The notes under the pieces: model-generated
Told to the model about the DNA's origin: nothing
Databases searched by the model: none
Seen by the model: only the letters and a program-made list of their open reading frames with translations
Program-made: the position numbers and the translations under genes
Origin: Eledone cirrhosa
Taxonomy: Eukaryota
NCBI GenBank assembly: GCA_964016885.1
Contig: OZ024741.1
Span: 69,068,001 to 69,132,000, forward strand
Length of the DNA: 64,000 nt
Direction of reading: 5' to 3'
Shown: in pieces, positions 1-14,249 of the stretch
Numbering within the stretch: the first letter of the stretch is position 1
Layout: every line of letters begins with the position of its first letter

Positions 1-196
1 ACTGTTGAGAGACGTGTCTTAGCTAATTAGTTGATTTTTAACATATTTCTTCCTCAATCTTTAAGCAAAGCTATTAGTATTGGTGTACTTCATGACCAGT
101 TATTCAACCTATTATATAGATATATGTATGCATATATATATATTTTATATATGTGTGTGTGTGTGTGTATGTGTGAGTATGTCTCTGTGTGTGTAA

Positions 197-240
<44 letters not shown>

Positions 241-398
241 TTTAGTTATTGCTCGCACTGATTTTGAGGTATCTGGTCTTTAATGCGAAGAAATACCGAT
301 GATAGTCAGAAGATCACTGATGATGGACAGTCTCCTTTTTCGCTCTATTTTTCATTCATACGTATCACACTCGCAACAACGCAGCACGCCATTTTTTC

Positions 399-438
<40 letters not shown>

Positions 439-562
439 AAGTATGACCCCATTAACAGGCTTGTTAATGGGGTCATACTTTTTCCTATTTCCCACTCTAC
501 TATCCTAAGTATTGAGAACTCTGGTGCGTTATGGTCCATCTGGTTCCTTACCACAATTCCTT

Positions 563-733
<171 letters not shown>

Positions 734-769
734 TGTCTGTGTGTGTGTAAAAGGTAAACAGAAATAACA

Positions 770-965
770 ACACAATCGGTACAGTATATGGAAGGAATAT
801 ATTTGGTTAACGCTTGAGATAGCAGGAAGAGAGTCTGAACGTTTCGGACGCCAGTCCTTCACCAGAAGAAAGAATGAGAAATAAGATAAAATGAAGGGAC
901 GGGCGGGTTGGAATTGGAAAAAATGTCTTTAGATAAAAATAACAGGTCCATTCATGTTGACATCT
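770..965 (-). repeat. Dispersed repeat, inverted paralog of 46935-47130, with mutated hammerhead core (CTGGTGA)
   Basis: Reverse complement aligns with 46935-47130 (CATGAATGGACCTGTTATTTTTATCT..GTCCGAAACGTT..CTCTCTTCCTGCTAT). Confidence 0.8.
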
Positions 966-1232
966 CATTTACATACATATATATACACACCCATATATAT
1001 ATCGTCTTCCTGTCTTCCTCCGGTTGCAACTTTTTTTTAAATATTTACTTCTGCGTTCACAGATTGACTTTGTTAGTTTCAGAAGATCCCGTTAAGGGTG
1101 AAAGCAGCGATTCTTTGCTTAAACTTTAATCTGTTATTTTAATAAATATTTGCTCTACAGTTCTTATATATTTGATATATATTTATCCTTATCGAGCCCT
1201 CTTTGGATTTTAGTCTTCAAATTTATTATTAT

Positions 1233-1314
<82 letters not shown>

Positions 1315-1503
1315 AGGGAGGGGGAGAGAGAGAGAAACAGACACCCAGATAGATAGATAGATAGATATGTGTGCGTGTGCGCGTGTGTGTGTGTGTTTAC
1401 AACATGCTTTCACGTATAAATTTGATTGTGCCAACGGGAGAAACAAAAAATAATACATGGATAGAATAAGATATGTTATCTTTATTTTACTTCCCTTCAA
1501 TTT

Positions 1504-1682
1504 TACGAGCGTCGGCTGACCAAGATACTCTCATGGAATGACTAAATGAGGTTTATTTTTCAACATAGTTTCTTGAAAGAAACAATACAGTTATTAATAA
1601 GAGTAGTTTTGAAATTAATACATGGAAGATTTCACAGCTCTTATATCAATCCTTCATATGAACCTTTCGGCCAGCCCTCGTA
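1504..1682. mobile_element. Mariner-type MITE (same family; inverted copy at 7334-7532)
   Basis: TACGAG...CTCGTA termini; internal CAAGATACTCTCATGGAATGAC.AAATGAGGTTTATTTTTCAACA shared with 43475. Confidence 0.8.
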
Positions 1683-2949
1683 TATTATAGCTGCCAATAT
1701 ACGCCTGTGATTCTAGGACAAAGAATTCCCTGCTTAACTCTCCTTTCAAAACCAGTTTTGATGAATGAGTTAAGCCCAAAATACTTACCTCGCGAGTCAC
1801 GGGTATAGCTTCGCAGCTATAATATAAGAGTGTGGGAAAATATGTGTGCACGCACGCATATATTTTACTTCCCCAAATCTCAATGTGATCGCACCTATTG
1901 TGTAGTTGCGTATCCTGACAATCTACCACTAACCCTCATATACTTATACTTATATATGTGTATGCACTTGCACCTATGTCTATCTATGCGTAGCTATACA
2001 TACACAGGTATATATATATACCTGTGTGTATCAACGTGGCATATCTTTCTCTCACGCTTATGTAAATCCATGCACTCATACACATATTCATATGTATCGA
2101 AGTTATTTTGTCATCAATCACAGTTGTTATTCCATTTATGCTTTCTATTAAGGGTGGTTTTTATTTCTGCTATATGGGTAGCTTCTTTGATCTGTCTTAA
2201 CATTGCGTCACCTAGATGTTTTCTTGTGAGCCGTCATGCTCTAGTTTCGCACGTTAGTAGAGCATTTGTCTTTGAACTCTCACCAGTGCTTTTTTATCCT
2301 ATATACGTTTGGGGGGGGGGGGGGTTCCTCCACTGTCCCTTTGTGCATTGTATACTATGTACAACATTTCTAGTTTTACAATTTGCATGTTGGCTTACCT
2401 TGAAGGTTATATCATTTCTATGAGCCCAAGGGAGTTTTCTTAAATGGATATGTCCAACTAATTAGGGATTTAATAGAGATATAGTTTTTCTACTGCTTTA
2501 ATTCTAAGTTTCGGTTTATCTATGGCTCTTTTAAATCTATAAACTTGTTCGCCTCTAAGGGTAGCATCCAGGAACATCACACTCTGGTATTTTTTGCAAT
2601 CAAGCTATGAGTTGGCTTAGTCTATTTTCTTCCTTATCTTTTCTATTCTATTCTAGGACTTGCTCCAGTACATGGGTCTATGTCGTTCGCATTCTTGTCT
2701 ATGACAGTTTGAAACTTTTCCCGAACTCCCTGATCATATCCCGTTAGTTGTATCCGAAGATCTACGTGAAGTAAACGAAGTGTCGTGAAAGGTATTTAAC
2801 AATTAGTAATTAGTTGATTGATTGATTAACCAACTGATGGATGAATTAATTGCCTGATTAATAATAAAATAAAAAGTGAAGTAAAACCGAGCTGGTGCGT
2901 GTGTTTAATTGGCAGCATGACCCTCCCAGAGTATAGCAATATATGTCCA

Positions 2950-3042
<93 letters not shown>

Positions 3043-3197
3043 GGGAAAGAGTTAGGACCCCGACGGGTGAGCTCCAGCCGTTTCGACAGCTAGATCCGAA
3101 CTGTTCGAATCTAGCTGTCGATTACCCACTATACTACCCTAAGTATCGAGTACTCTGGTGCGTTATGGTCCACCTGGTTCCTTACACCTTCTTTGTT

Positions 3198-3300
<103 letters not shown>

Positions 3301-3992
3301 CAAAAAAAGACTTATATGCGAGTAATACTTCTGCTTAAATTTGCTTTTTACCAAACTAACGTATCGTTTTTTGTTCATTGTATGGTGGATGTCTCGGGTG
3401 TAACTTCGGCCTCATTCAAAAGACCGACTTCATATATTGAATTTCTTTTATGTTATGCATGAAACCGTTAAACTAATTCATCTTTGCTTGATCGCCCCTG
3501 TAACTTCAGCTGCAAACAAAAGTTGCTTCTCAATCTTGAACAGAATTCAATCATTCTTAAGATGGCTATTGACTCAAGAACGGCTGCTTTGACTGTCATG
3601 TATTTCCATAAAAATAAACAAACACTCGTCGATTTAGAGTGACGAAAATAATTACACAACATATTAGAGGAATCTCTTATATAACCAAGATGGTTGGAGT
3701 ATATTTTTTAATGAAGTGTTTATTGCTTACAAAAATGTATGCATTTATCATTTTAAATACACTAGTTCAGAACCCACTCTATGTAAATGCATTATCGTTT
3801 CTATTATAAGAAAGCCTTTCAAATGACTTTTAGTAGAGAAATGCATTAAAAATCTTGTGTCTTTTTTTATAAGTCTCCTTCACACGAAATAATTATAGCT
3901 ATAGCTTGCAGTATTTTGTGTTTGTTAAATGTAAATAGATAGCATAACTAAGGTTTACTGTTCTCATCCGACTTTGTTTCTTCATATTATTT

Positions 3993-4143
3993 GATTGGCA
4001 GTATCGGTAGAGGGTTGGTTGCCATGTTTTGCAGCGTAGAGTTACGGCTCTTTATGATCTGGGTTCAAATCTGCTTTTCATCCTTACGGGGTCGATAATG
4101 CACTGGAGTAATTGCTGGCTTTGTGCCAAAAGTAGAAACAATT
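3993..4143 (+). mobile_element. SINE family A, internally deleted
   Basis: Shares head, B box, core and GTAGAAACAATT tail. Confidence 0.8.
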
Positions 4144-4219
4144 TTTTATAATGCATATTTTGTAAAAATGTATTTTCGCTATTTTCGTAGGTGTGGATTA
4201 CAATTATCTCGATATATAT

Positions 4220-4500
4220 CATCATCCTCATCATCACCACCACCATCATCATCACCGTTTAACGTCCATTTTTCCACGCTAGCATGGGTTAGACGAGTTG
4301 CCCCGTTGTGGGACAAGCCAGGTCCGATGACCGTGTCTTGCTCATACAGAAATGGTTGTGGCTTCGTTTCTACGGCTGGACGCCTTTCCTAACACCAACC
4401 ACATTTACAGTGAGTACTGGGTGCTTTTTATAGTGACACCTACACAACAAAAACACCCAGAACACCCTGTAAGTGTGGTTGGTGTTAGGAAAGGCATCAT
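4220..4500 (-). mobile_element. RTE 3' tail fragment with a short fold-back
   Basis: CATCACCGTTTAACGTCC..GCATGGGTTAGACG..CCTAACACCAACCAC, then the inverted GTGGTTGGTGTTAGG. Confidence 0.75.
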
Positions 4501-4843
4501 ATATACACACACACACACGCACACATAGTGTACTGGTATGTAACATTTAATTTCTATTGGTTCACCAGTTTGAGCACTCAATGCTATTATGAGTCCAGCT
4601 GCCCATGTTGTAGTCTACGTTTGGTATTTTACCGTAGTCAGTACTCTTAAGAAACAGAGTGTCATTTTTATTTTTTCTTGATGTCTTTTCTGTTCAGCTT
4701 CTAGCTGTCTGATGAAGTCATAACTGTTGCATAACGGTTATCACCGAAATATATCTAACTGCGATTATGAATAAATGAAGTGAATTATAACCCGTTCACT
4801 TGTACTTCATGATATTATTATACACACACATACACACACACAT

Positions 4844-4923
<80 letters not shown>

Positions 4924-5029
4924 TCCCCCCAAAAGAAAAATGTATACACACTTTGATTACCTGTACAGGTAACATTTATTAGAATGCTGTTGAAGTGTGT
5001 ATACATTTTTAGGGGTGGGGAGGGCAGCT

Positions 5030-5094
<65 letters not shown>

Positions 5095-5097
<3 letters not shown>

Positions 5098-5335
5098 GGC
5101 GGTTTTGTCCGTTCTTCTGAAGGAGTGGATATGGATGTACCACCGTGTCTTAAAACTATTAGAAGTCATACCGATGCATGTTTTTATTTTGTTGTTTTTG
5201 TTACCTGATACGACATCGCATTTGTACATGTTGTGCATCAAATGTTTTCCAGTTGGCAAGTATCCTTGTTTGGACAGTTGCACAGAACCTCATTACTGGT
5301 GAGGGTTTTAGAAGTTGTTAACTTATTCGGTTTAG
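5095..5335 (-). mobile_element. Penelope-like element fragment, Cys linker plus GIY-YIG endonuclease (pseudogenised)
   Basis: Translations CNCPNKDTC.. and YKCDV...[20 protein letters not shown] match the PLE GIY-YIG signature; frameshifted, TA-flanked. Confidence 0.75.
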
Positions 5336-5529
5336 ATATATATACATATGTGTGTGTGTGTATGTGTGTGTGTGTGAGTGTATGTGAGTGTGTGTGTCTG
5401 TGTGTGAGTTTGTGTATATGTGTGTGTGTGCGTTTGTGTATGTGTGCGTGTTTATGCTTGTATATGTGTGTGTGTTTGTGTGTGTGTGTTTGTGTATGTG
5501 TGGGTATGTGTGTGTTTGCGTTTGTGTAA

Positions 5530-5613
<84 letters not shown>

Positions 5614-5989
5614 TTGTGCGTGTGTTTGTGCGTGTATGTGTGTGTCTGTGCATTTGTGTATGTGTGTGTGTATATCACCATCATCACCCTTTAACGTCAA
5701 TTTTCCATGCTGGCATGGGTTCGGCATGTATGTGTGTGTAGATTGGCTGCTTTGTACCTCCTTTAAATTAGAATTTTCCTCAAAACAACTTTAATTCCAA
5801 AGTGCTCAAATCTCCAGAGAAAATATTCAGTTCAATGAAACTAAAAGCAGACAAGATAATCAAATAAACTTTCGTCCCTCACCCCACTCCCTGTACAAAC
5901 ATTACAAATAGATCTCCCACACTGCTTCACATTCAACTTTCCTATGGTCGCAATAACATTGTAGCAATAACCTACATCCAATCATCTTT

Positions 5990-6530
5990 ATCACCACCAC
6001 CATCTTCTAGACCACCAAAACTAGCACCACCACCACTGCCATCATTATCATCACCACCATAACAATTACCACCACTATCACCATCTTCTCAACCACTAAA
6101 ACTATCACCACCTACACCACTGTCACTACTACCACTAGTATCACTACTACCACCACTGTCTCTACTACCACCACCATCTCTACTTTCATCACTGTCTCCA
6201 CCATCATTACCACCTACACCAATGCCCCCTTGATCATCACAACCACCATCACCTGAATGGTGAACCACCACCATCATCACCAACATATCTACTGTCATCA
6301 CCACCACCACTATCACCACCACCACCACAATCACCAAAACCATCACCACTAATGCCATCATCACTACCACCACCATCACAATCACCACCATCCTCACCAA
6401 CACCATTACAATCACCACCACCATCATCATCACCACCATCACTATCACCACCATCATCACCAACACCACCACAATCAACACCACCACCACCATCATTATC
6501 ACCACCAACACCACCAACACCACCACCATT
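5990..6530 (+). repeat. (CAC/CAT)n trinucleotide low-complexity tract
   Basis: Direct reading. Confidence 0.9.
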
Positions 6531-6961
6531 TTAATTGTTCTCTTTGATCAATGAATTGCACATGTGTATGCCACATTTAACTATGCACATATGTGTATGG
6601 ATTTGTGTGTGTATATGTATGTGTGTATGTGTGTGTGCATGTGTGTGTATATGCTTGCAAGTGCATGTTTGTATGAGTGTATGTACACCTATCTATTATG
6701 TATTTATGCATGTATGTATATATGTGTATGTGTTTGTGTGTGTGTAAAGACAGAGAAAGGGAGAGAGAGAGAGGGGGGAGAGATGGGGGTTACTGTTGTT
6801 CAACTCAATACTTAGAGAAAAATGTAGGTATTATAATGAGTTTGTGCCCGACAGTTGAGCTCTTTCCTTTTCGACAGTGGACAGATAAGAAACCTATTTT
6901 AACATTTATTTTTACATTATATATATATATATATGCTGTATATATATATATACATATATAT

Positions 6962-7305
6962 TGTCATGACAAAAAGCACCCAGCACACACTGTAAGGTGG
7001 TCCTGTAGGAGTCAAGACAAAAAGCACCCAGCACACACTGTAAGGTGGTCCTGTAGGAGTCAAGACAAAAAGCACCCAGCACACACTGTAAAGTGGTCCT
7101 GTAGGTGTCACGACAAAAAGCACCCAGTACTCATTGTAAATGTGGTTGGCATTAGGAAGGGCATCCAGCTGTAGAAATCAAGCCAGAACAGTTCTATATG
7201 AGTAGGATATGGTCATCTGACCCAACTTACCTCAAATGGGACAACCTGTTTAACCTATGCTAGCATAGAAAGTGGACGTTAAACGATGATGATGATGATG
7301 ATGAT
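6962..7305 (+). mobile_element. RTE 3' UTR fragment containing a 48-bp tandem repeat (~3.5 copies)
   Basis: GACAAAAAGCACCCAG at 6968, 7016, 7064 and 7112, followed by the RTE tail and (GAT)n. Confidence 0.85.
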
Positions 7306-7656
7306 ATATATAATGTACAAATAAACGTTAAAACATGAGAGTCGGCTGAAAAGTTCATAGGCTGTCTTTGAAGGAGTGATGCTAGAGCTGTGAAATCTTG
7401 CATGCATTAATTTCAACTCTTATCAATAACTGCTTTGTTTCTTTCCGGGAACTATGTTGAAAAATAAACCTCAGTTGATCATTCCTTGAAGGCATCTTAG
7501 TTAACCTATGAACATTTCAGCCGACCCTTGTGTGTGTATATATATATATATATTAAATTAAATTAAGGGTGTCATGTCAGAGAGACATACGCCATATCCA
7601 CTGTAGAATATGCTCCAAGATTCCAATGAAGAGATCCAAGCATTTTATATCAACTA

Positions 7657-8358
7657 GAAATTGATTGACATATATATATATATCTAAAATAAACATATGA
7701 AACAATCACAGGGAATAATTTGTAAAAGTGTGTAAGCACACATAGCTATGTAGGTAACTAATTAAAGTTTAACTAGAACTTTAAAAATAGATACCTTATA
7801 AATTGATTAATCTTCCTTGTATATATTTTATTAAAGAAATATATTTCACCATCAATCGATCGGTAAACCACAGTAGCCAAATCTCGGATTTTCAACAAGG
7901 GAGAAGATTTAACTATCTGTGTTTACACAGCAAATTCAAATCTGCGAATGACTAGCAGCACGTGTTGCATTTTTTAAAAATACACACATCGTACCAGCTT
8001 CATCCTAGTGGCCTGAATAGGGTTATCGACAACTAGAAATAGCAGCCGAGTCCTTTCAACTGAGTTAGCTCTACAATTAAGGAGCCGTGTATATATTCAA
8101 AATTAAATTAAGGGTGTCATGTCAGAGAGACTTTGGCTACTGTGGTTTACTGATCGATTGATGGTGAAATATATTTCTTTAATGAAATATATACAAGGAA
8201 GATTAATAAATTTATAAGGTATCTATTTTTAAAGTTCTAGTTAAACTTTAATTAGTTACCTACCTAGCTATGTGTGCTTACACACTTTTACAAATTATTC
8301 CCTATGATTGTTTCATGTTTATTTTAGATATATATATATATGTCAATCAATTTTTAGT

Positions 8359-8365
<7 letters not shown>
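7657..8365. repeat. Long inverted repeat (~225-bp arms, ~250-bp spacer)
   Basis: 7657-7882 is the near-perfect reverse complement of 8132-8365. Confidence 0.92.
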
Positions 8366-8432
<67 letters not shown>

Positions 8433-9335
8433 TTTGTATTCCAATGTTACTAAGTAGTTGCATTGGATGGAGTCAACTGACGTCAGAGATTGCTCAACGT
8501 ATAATAAAGTGTGTTTTAAAATCCGGAGAAAATATGGAGAAAAAATTTACGAAATGGAAATGCGGGTATATAGAATTTATTAGGTAACAATTGTTTCTAT
8601 AGTGTATGAGTTACCTATACCTCGCTTTTTGAATAATACACAAATATTATCAAAAACCGAAAGTACACTATAAGCCAACACACCATGTCATCAGACCTTT
8701 GTATTAGAATGATATGAAAATATTTTATACACTAGATAAAAGATAAAGAAGGAGGTAGGAAAAGAAGGGGAAGAGGGAAGTGAGTAAGGTGGAGGGAGTC
8801 TTAGGGTTTAAGACTGTCAGACTAGTAGAGATTGTGAAGAGAGAATGTTTTGGCAGCAGTTAGCTTAATGAGGCGTGCTAAGGTTGGCTGGGAAGTAGAT
8901 ACTTCTAGTGGTGTTGTTCGGACAAAATTTAGTTAGAGGGGTCAAAGGGGTACAATGTCACAGACAAGTTATTAGGGCTATTATAGTAGCAGGTTATTTC
9001 TAAAGGGGTCCAGAAAAACAGTGTTTAGTACTATTATTATAGAAAGCCATATCTAGTGTATAAACATATAAGACAGAAATTTGCAAACGTTGGTGTAAAA
9101 AGGTAACATTATATGCATTTAAAAAAAGAAAAAGTCGTTTTCAAACGATGGTTACAGTATAGAGAACGTTCAATTTTGCTGTTCAAAAGTTTGTTTACCG
9201 ACGTTAAAATGCAGTATATCTCTAAATTGCATAACTTGCAGAATCGATGATTTTGCTGATATGCAGGCGCAGCTGCAATAATTTGCCAATCAAGGGAGAA
9301 CGCTTGATTGTTCCTCCGAAGCTGCCAGGCTATTA

Positions 9336-10367
<1,032 letters not shown>

Positions 10368-10752
10368 TAGATCTACAAAACCAAATTGTAAAATCATAAT
10401 ATTATAAAATTAAATCAAATTGTTTAAAACTACAAATGAAGTCATTCTTTTTTTCTTTTTTAAATATATATATCATCATCATCATCTTCTTCGTTTAACG
10501 TCCATCTTCCACGCTAGCATGGGTTAGACGGGAGTTGTCCCACTTGAGGCAAGGTTGGTCGGGTGACTGTGTCTTACTCATATAGGACTATCTGGCAGGT
10601 TTTCTACGGCTGGATGCCCTTCCTAACACCAACCACATTTATAGTGTGGAACTGGGAACTTTTTACCGTGTTAGCTACACGGCCACATTACAGCATGGAC
10701 TGTGTGTTTTTTTGCGTGTCACCTACATGATCTCGATCTCATTATCTCATTT

Positions 10753-10937
10753 GGTGGATTAGCAGTATCGGTAGAGGGTCAGACGCCATGCTTTCCAGCA
10801 TAGTTACGTCCCTTTACGATCTGAGTTCAAATCCCGCCGAGGTTAACTTTGCCTTTCATCCTTACGGGGTCGATAAAATAAAGTACCAGTAATGCACTGG
10901 GTAATTGCTGGCCTTGTGCCTAAAGTAGAAACAATTA
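10753..10937 (+). mobile_element. tRNA-derived SINE family A, with 12-bp TSD
   Basis: A box-like TAGCAGTATCGG, B box GAGTTCAAATCCC, core GCCTTTCATCCTTACGGGGTCGATAAAATAAAGTACCAG; TSD ATTATCTCATTT at 10741-10752 and 10934-10945. Confidence 0.9.
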
Positions 10938-11045
10938 TCTCATTTATTTGGACTGGATGTTGTCGTACCAACTTTACAGAAAGAGGGTGGTGTTGGTGGG
11001 AGTGGGAGGATAGGGTAGAGGTAGTGGATTGGGGTGTATATTTGG

Positions 11046-12626
11046 TTAAGACTGACTGTAGGTTTCGCTTTGTACATAGGCAAGGCGGGTCTTCTGTAAT
11101 ACTGTGTAGCGCCAAAGATCTCGGTCCAGTGACATTGTCTTAGAGAGGTGCAAATGTGTAAGGTCAGAATTTATCAGATCGTCCCAGGTTTTTCTGGGTC
11201 TACCTATTCCGTAACTACCATCAATTTTGATCGCCCTGCACTTTTTTATACAGCTGTCATCTTTCATGCGCATCACGTGGCCATACCAACGTAGTCTTCT
11301 CTCAAGTAAACAGAATCTGATCCCTCTTATTCCTAATTTCTCACTTAGTTCATTTATGCTTTGCTGTTCATGTATATTACTATTACACATCCAACGGAGC
11401 ATGCATGCTTCAATCCTTTCCAGTCTGCGCAGGTCCTCTGCACACAATGCCCATGTCTCACTGCCATGTAGCATTGCTGTTCGTATACAGGCATCATACA
11501 GCCTGCCTTTCATTTTTAGAGAGAAACCTTTTGTGGCCAACAGTGGTATAAGCTCTCTGAACTTTTTCCATCCTGTTCTGACTCTGGCTACTGTACTTTC
11601 AGAGCACCCTCCACCACTGCTGATTTCATCACCCAGGTAATGGAAAGTGTCCACTATTTCTATAGAACCATCTGGGCAATAGAAGGAGCTAGTATCCTTT
11701 GGACACTTGCTACTTATTGCACCTGAGCATCGGCCACATATAAAGTCTATGTTCTTAGATAGTTTACCTGTGATCCCACTACATCTTTTATGTACCCATA
11801 ATTTGCATTTGGGACATAAAATGGAATTTCTGCCTACTCCTTTCCTACACACTGAGCATGGCCATTTCCCTGAGGGTACTTGTACCCTATTTTCCTTTCT
11901 ACAAACTAGAAATTTAGTCTTAGACAAGTTAACTTTAAGGCCTTTTAATTCTAAGCCATGCTTCCATGTTTGGAATTTCTTCTCTAGTTCAGCCATAGAT
12001 TCAGCTATGAGAGTTAGATCATCTGCGTATAGAAGTTCCCATGGGCAGCCGGTCTTGAACTCCTCTGTTATAGCCTGAAGGGCAATAATAAATAGGAGGG
12101 GGCTAAAGACAGAGCCTTGATGAACACCAACTTTTACACTAAATTCTTCACAATATTCATTGTTAATTCTAACCTTACTGACTGTTTCTTTATGCATAGC
12201 TTGTATAGCTCTCACAAGCCATTCATCTACACCTAGTTTTCTAAGAGTCCACCAGATAATGGAGCAGGGGACTCTGTCAAAGGCTTTCTCCAGGTCTACA
12301 AAAGCTAAGTAGAGGGGTTTACTTTTAGCTAGGTACTTCTGTAGTTGTCGTACAAGAAAAAGAGCGTCTGTGGTATTTTTACCTGACACAAACCCAAACT
12401 GCATTTCATCTAGATTAATTCGCTCTCTGATTAGTTGCGCTATAACTCTTTCTGTGACCTTCATGACCTGGTTAACTAACTTAATGCTTCTATAGTTTCC
12501 CCTATCTAGAGCATCCCCTTTACCCTTGTAGTAGTTAATGATGATGCTGCTACGCCAGTCTTTTGGTATGACCCCATTCTGTATTACTTGGTTAACTATA
12601 CGTGTGACCATAGTATGTCCCACCAT
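11046..12626 (-). pseudogene. RTE LINE reverse transcriptase ORF remnant (526 aa open)
   Basis: All RT motifs including YADD; CxxC-CxxC-H-C-CxxC cluster; the upstream part continues in another frame. Confidence 0.88.
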
Positions 12627-12954
12627 TCCAGATGCTTCAACATCTCAGCAACTATCTCCGAAGGCCCAGCTGCCTTGCCTGTCTTCATATCTTTGATTGC
12701 CTTACTTATTATACTACCTTTAACTTGCCCCGATGGTCCTTCTATTGGATCGATTTGGGGCAGACTATCTTTTTCCCATTTATTCTCCTCATTTAATAGT
12801 CTCTCGTAGTGACACTTCCAGGCTATCTTCTTATCATTATCAGTGAGGGCATATATATATATATATTTAAAAAAGGAAAAAGAATGACTTCACTTGTAGT
12901 TCTAAACATATATATATATATATATATATATATAGTTCTAAACATATATATATA

Positions 12955-13947
12955 TCATCATCATCATCATCATCACCGTTTTACGTCCGTTCTTCCACGC
13001 TAGCATGGGTTAGACGGGTTGTCCTGTTGTGGGCAGTGTCTGGTCGGCTGACCATGCCTTGCTCATACAGGAACTGATCTGGCTTGATTTCTACAGCTGG
13101 ATGCCCTTCCTAACACCAACCTCATTTACAGTGAGTGCTGGGTGCTTTTTCGTGGCGCCTACACGTCCACTTTACAGTGTGGGCTGGGTGCTTTTTTGCC
13201 GTGGCACCTCCACGACCACCTTGCGGTGGGGGGGGGGGGCATATTGTTTATATGCTTCAGCATGTACCCATGGGAGGTCGGGTACCCTGTATTACTGCGT
13301 GACGCCAGAAGTCACGGTCGTGTGTCATTGACTTTGAGAGGTGTAGTTGGGTAAGGTCGGCTTTTATCACCTCATCCCAAGTCATCTTGGGTCTCCCCAC
13401 TCCGCGGTTTCCATCAACTTCTAGTGCTCTGCACCTTTTTATGCAGCTGTCATCCTTCATACGCATCACATGTCCATACCAGCGTAACCGCCTCTCCTGC
13501 ACGCAGCATTTGATTCCTCTTATGCTCAGTCTCTCTCTCAATTCCTTTATGCTTTGTCGTTCACGTATATTACTGTTACACATCCATCGGAGCATGCAGG
13601 CTTCGTTTCTCTCTAATCTACGTAAGTCTTCCACCTTCAGCGCCCAGGTCTCACTACCATGCAACATCGCTGTTCGGATACACGCATCATACAGTCTGCC
13701 TTTCATTCTGAGGGAGAAGCCTTTTGCAGCTAGCAGTGGTAGTAGTTCCCTAAACTTCTTCCATCCCGTTCTTACCCTAGTTATTGTACTTTCTGAGCAC
13801 CCACCTCCGTTGCTAATTCGGTCACCTAGGTAGCAGAAGCTGTCTACTGTTTCTACAGGGCCCTCCCAGAGATTGGTGGTACTTGTTTCCTGTGGCTGTT
13901 TGCTTGCTGTTTCAGCACAGCTGCTGCATGTGAATCCTACATTCTTA

Positions 13948-13948
<1 letters not shown>
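12955..13948 (-). mobile_element. RTE LINE 3' fragment (second subfamily) with (GAT)n tail
   Basis: FCYLGD..GWKKFRELLPLL..MLHGSETW..RLRWYGHVMRM, closely similar to the C-terminus of the 11046-12626 ORF. Confidence 0.9.
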
Positions 13949-14045
<97 letters not shown>

Positions 14046-14208
14046 ATACACAATTAAATGTTAAGATAGGTTTGTGTAATTACTCAAATGCGTCTATTGT
14101 GTTATGTGCATTTCTGCAAGGCCAGCACATTTTAGTTACATAATTGTATCTTTTAGCTGGCATAGATTCATATATGTGCATATGAAATATTTGTTAGATT
14201 ATACATGC

Positions 14209-14249
<41 letters not shown>

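Larger units (their letters stand above)
10470..12850 (-). mobile_element. 5'-truncated RTE-clade LINE (RT, PHD-like finger, C-terminus, 3' UTR with (GAT)n tail); SINE inserted in the 3' UTR
   Basis: KGKGD..NYR, QFGF, FVDLEKAFDRV, GVHQGSVFSPLLF, LLYADDL, RLRWYGHVMRM, GRPRKTW; frameshift near 12630; the 3' UTR matches 41275-41660. Confidence 0.93.

Noticed and set aside
300-345. CTGATGA motif
   Set aside because: No downstream GAAA or closing stems
1075-1125. CAGAAGA-TCCC..GGGT-GAAA hammerhead-like motif
   Set aside because: Core is mutated (CAGA) and stems I and III are not supported
1830-2423. 197-aa ORF
   Set aside because: Low-complexity, non-ATG start, no recognisable motifs
3340-3662. 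Unique-looking sequence with a 64-aa minus-strand ORF
   Set aside because: Stops in all frames over a short distance, no recognisable domain or splice pattern
4703-4760. Hammerhead-like CTGATGA..GAAATATATC
   Set aside because: Core and stem II are present but stem I does not pair convincingly; at most a decayed copy
6089-6534. Val/Met-rich and Pro/Ser-rich ORFs
   Set aside because: Product of the (CAC/CAT)n repeat; no splice or domain support
6968-7140. CRISPR-like periodicity
   Set aside because: Contiguous 48-bp tandem units without unique spacers, inside an RTE 3' UTR in eukaryotic DNA
8750-9060. Possible decayed LINE C-terminus
   Set aside because: Too degenerate to assign any motif
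10753-10845. tRNA gene
   Set aside because: A and B boxes belong to SINE heads; no cloverleaf; many diverged copies with TSDs
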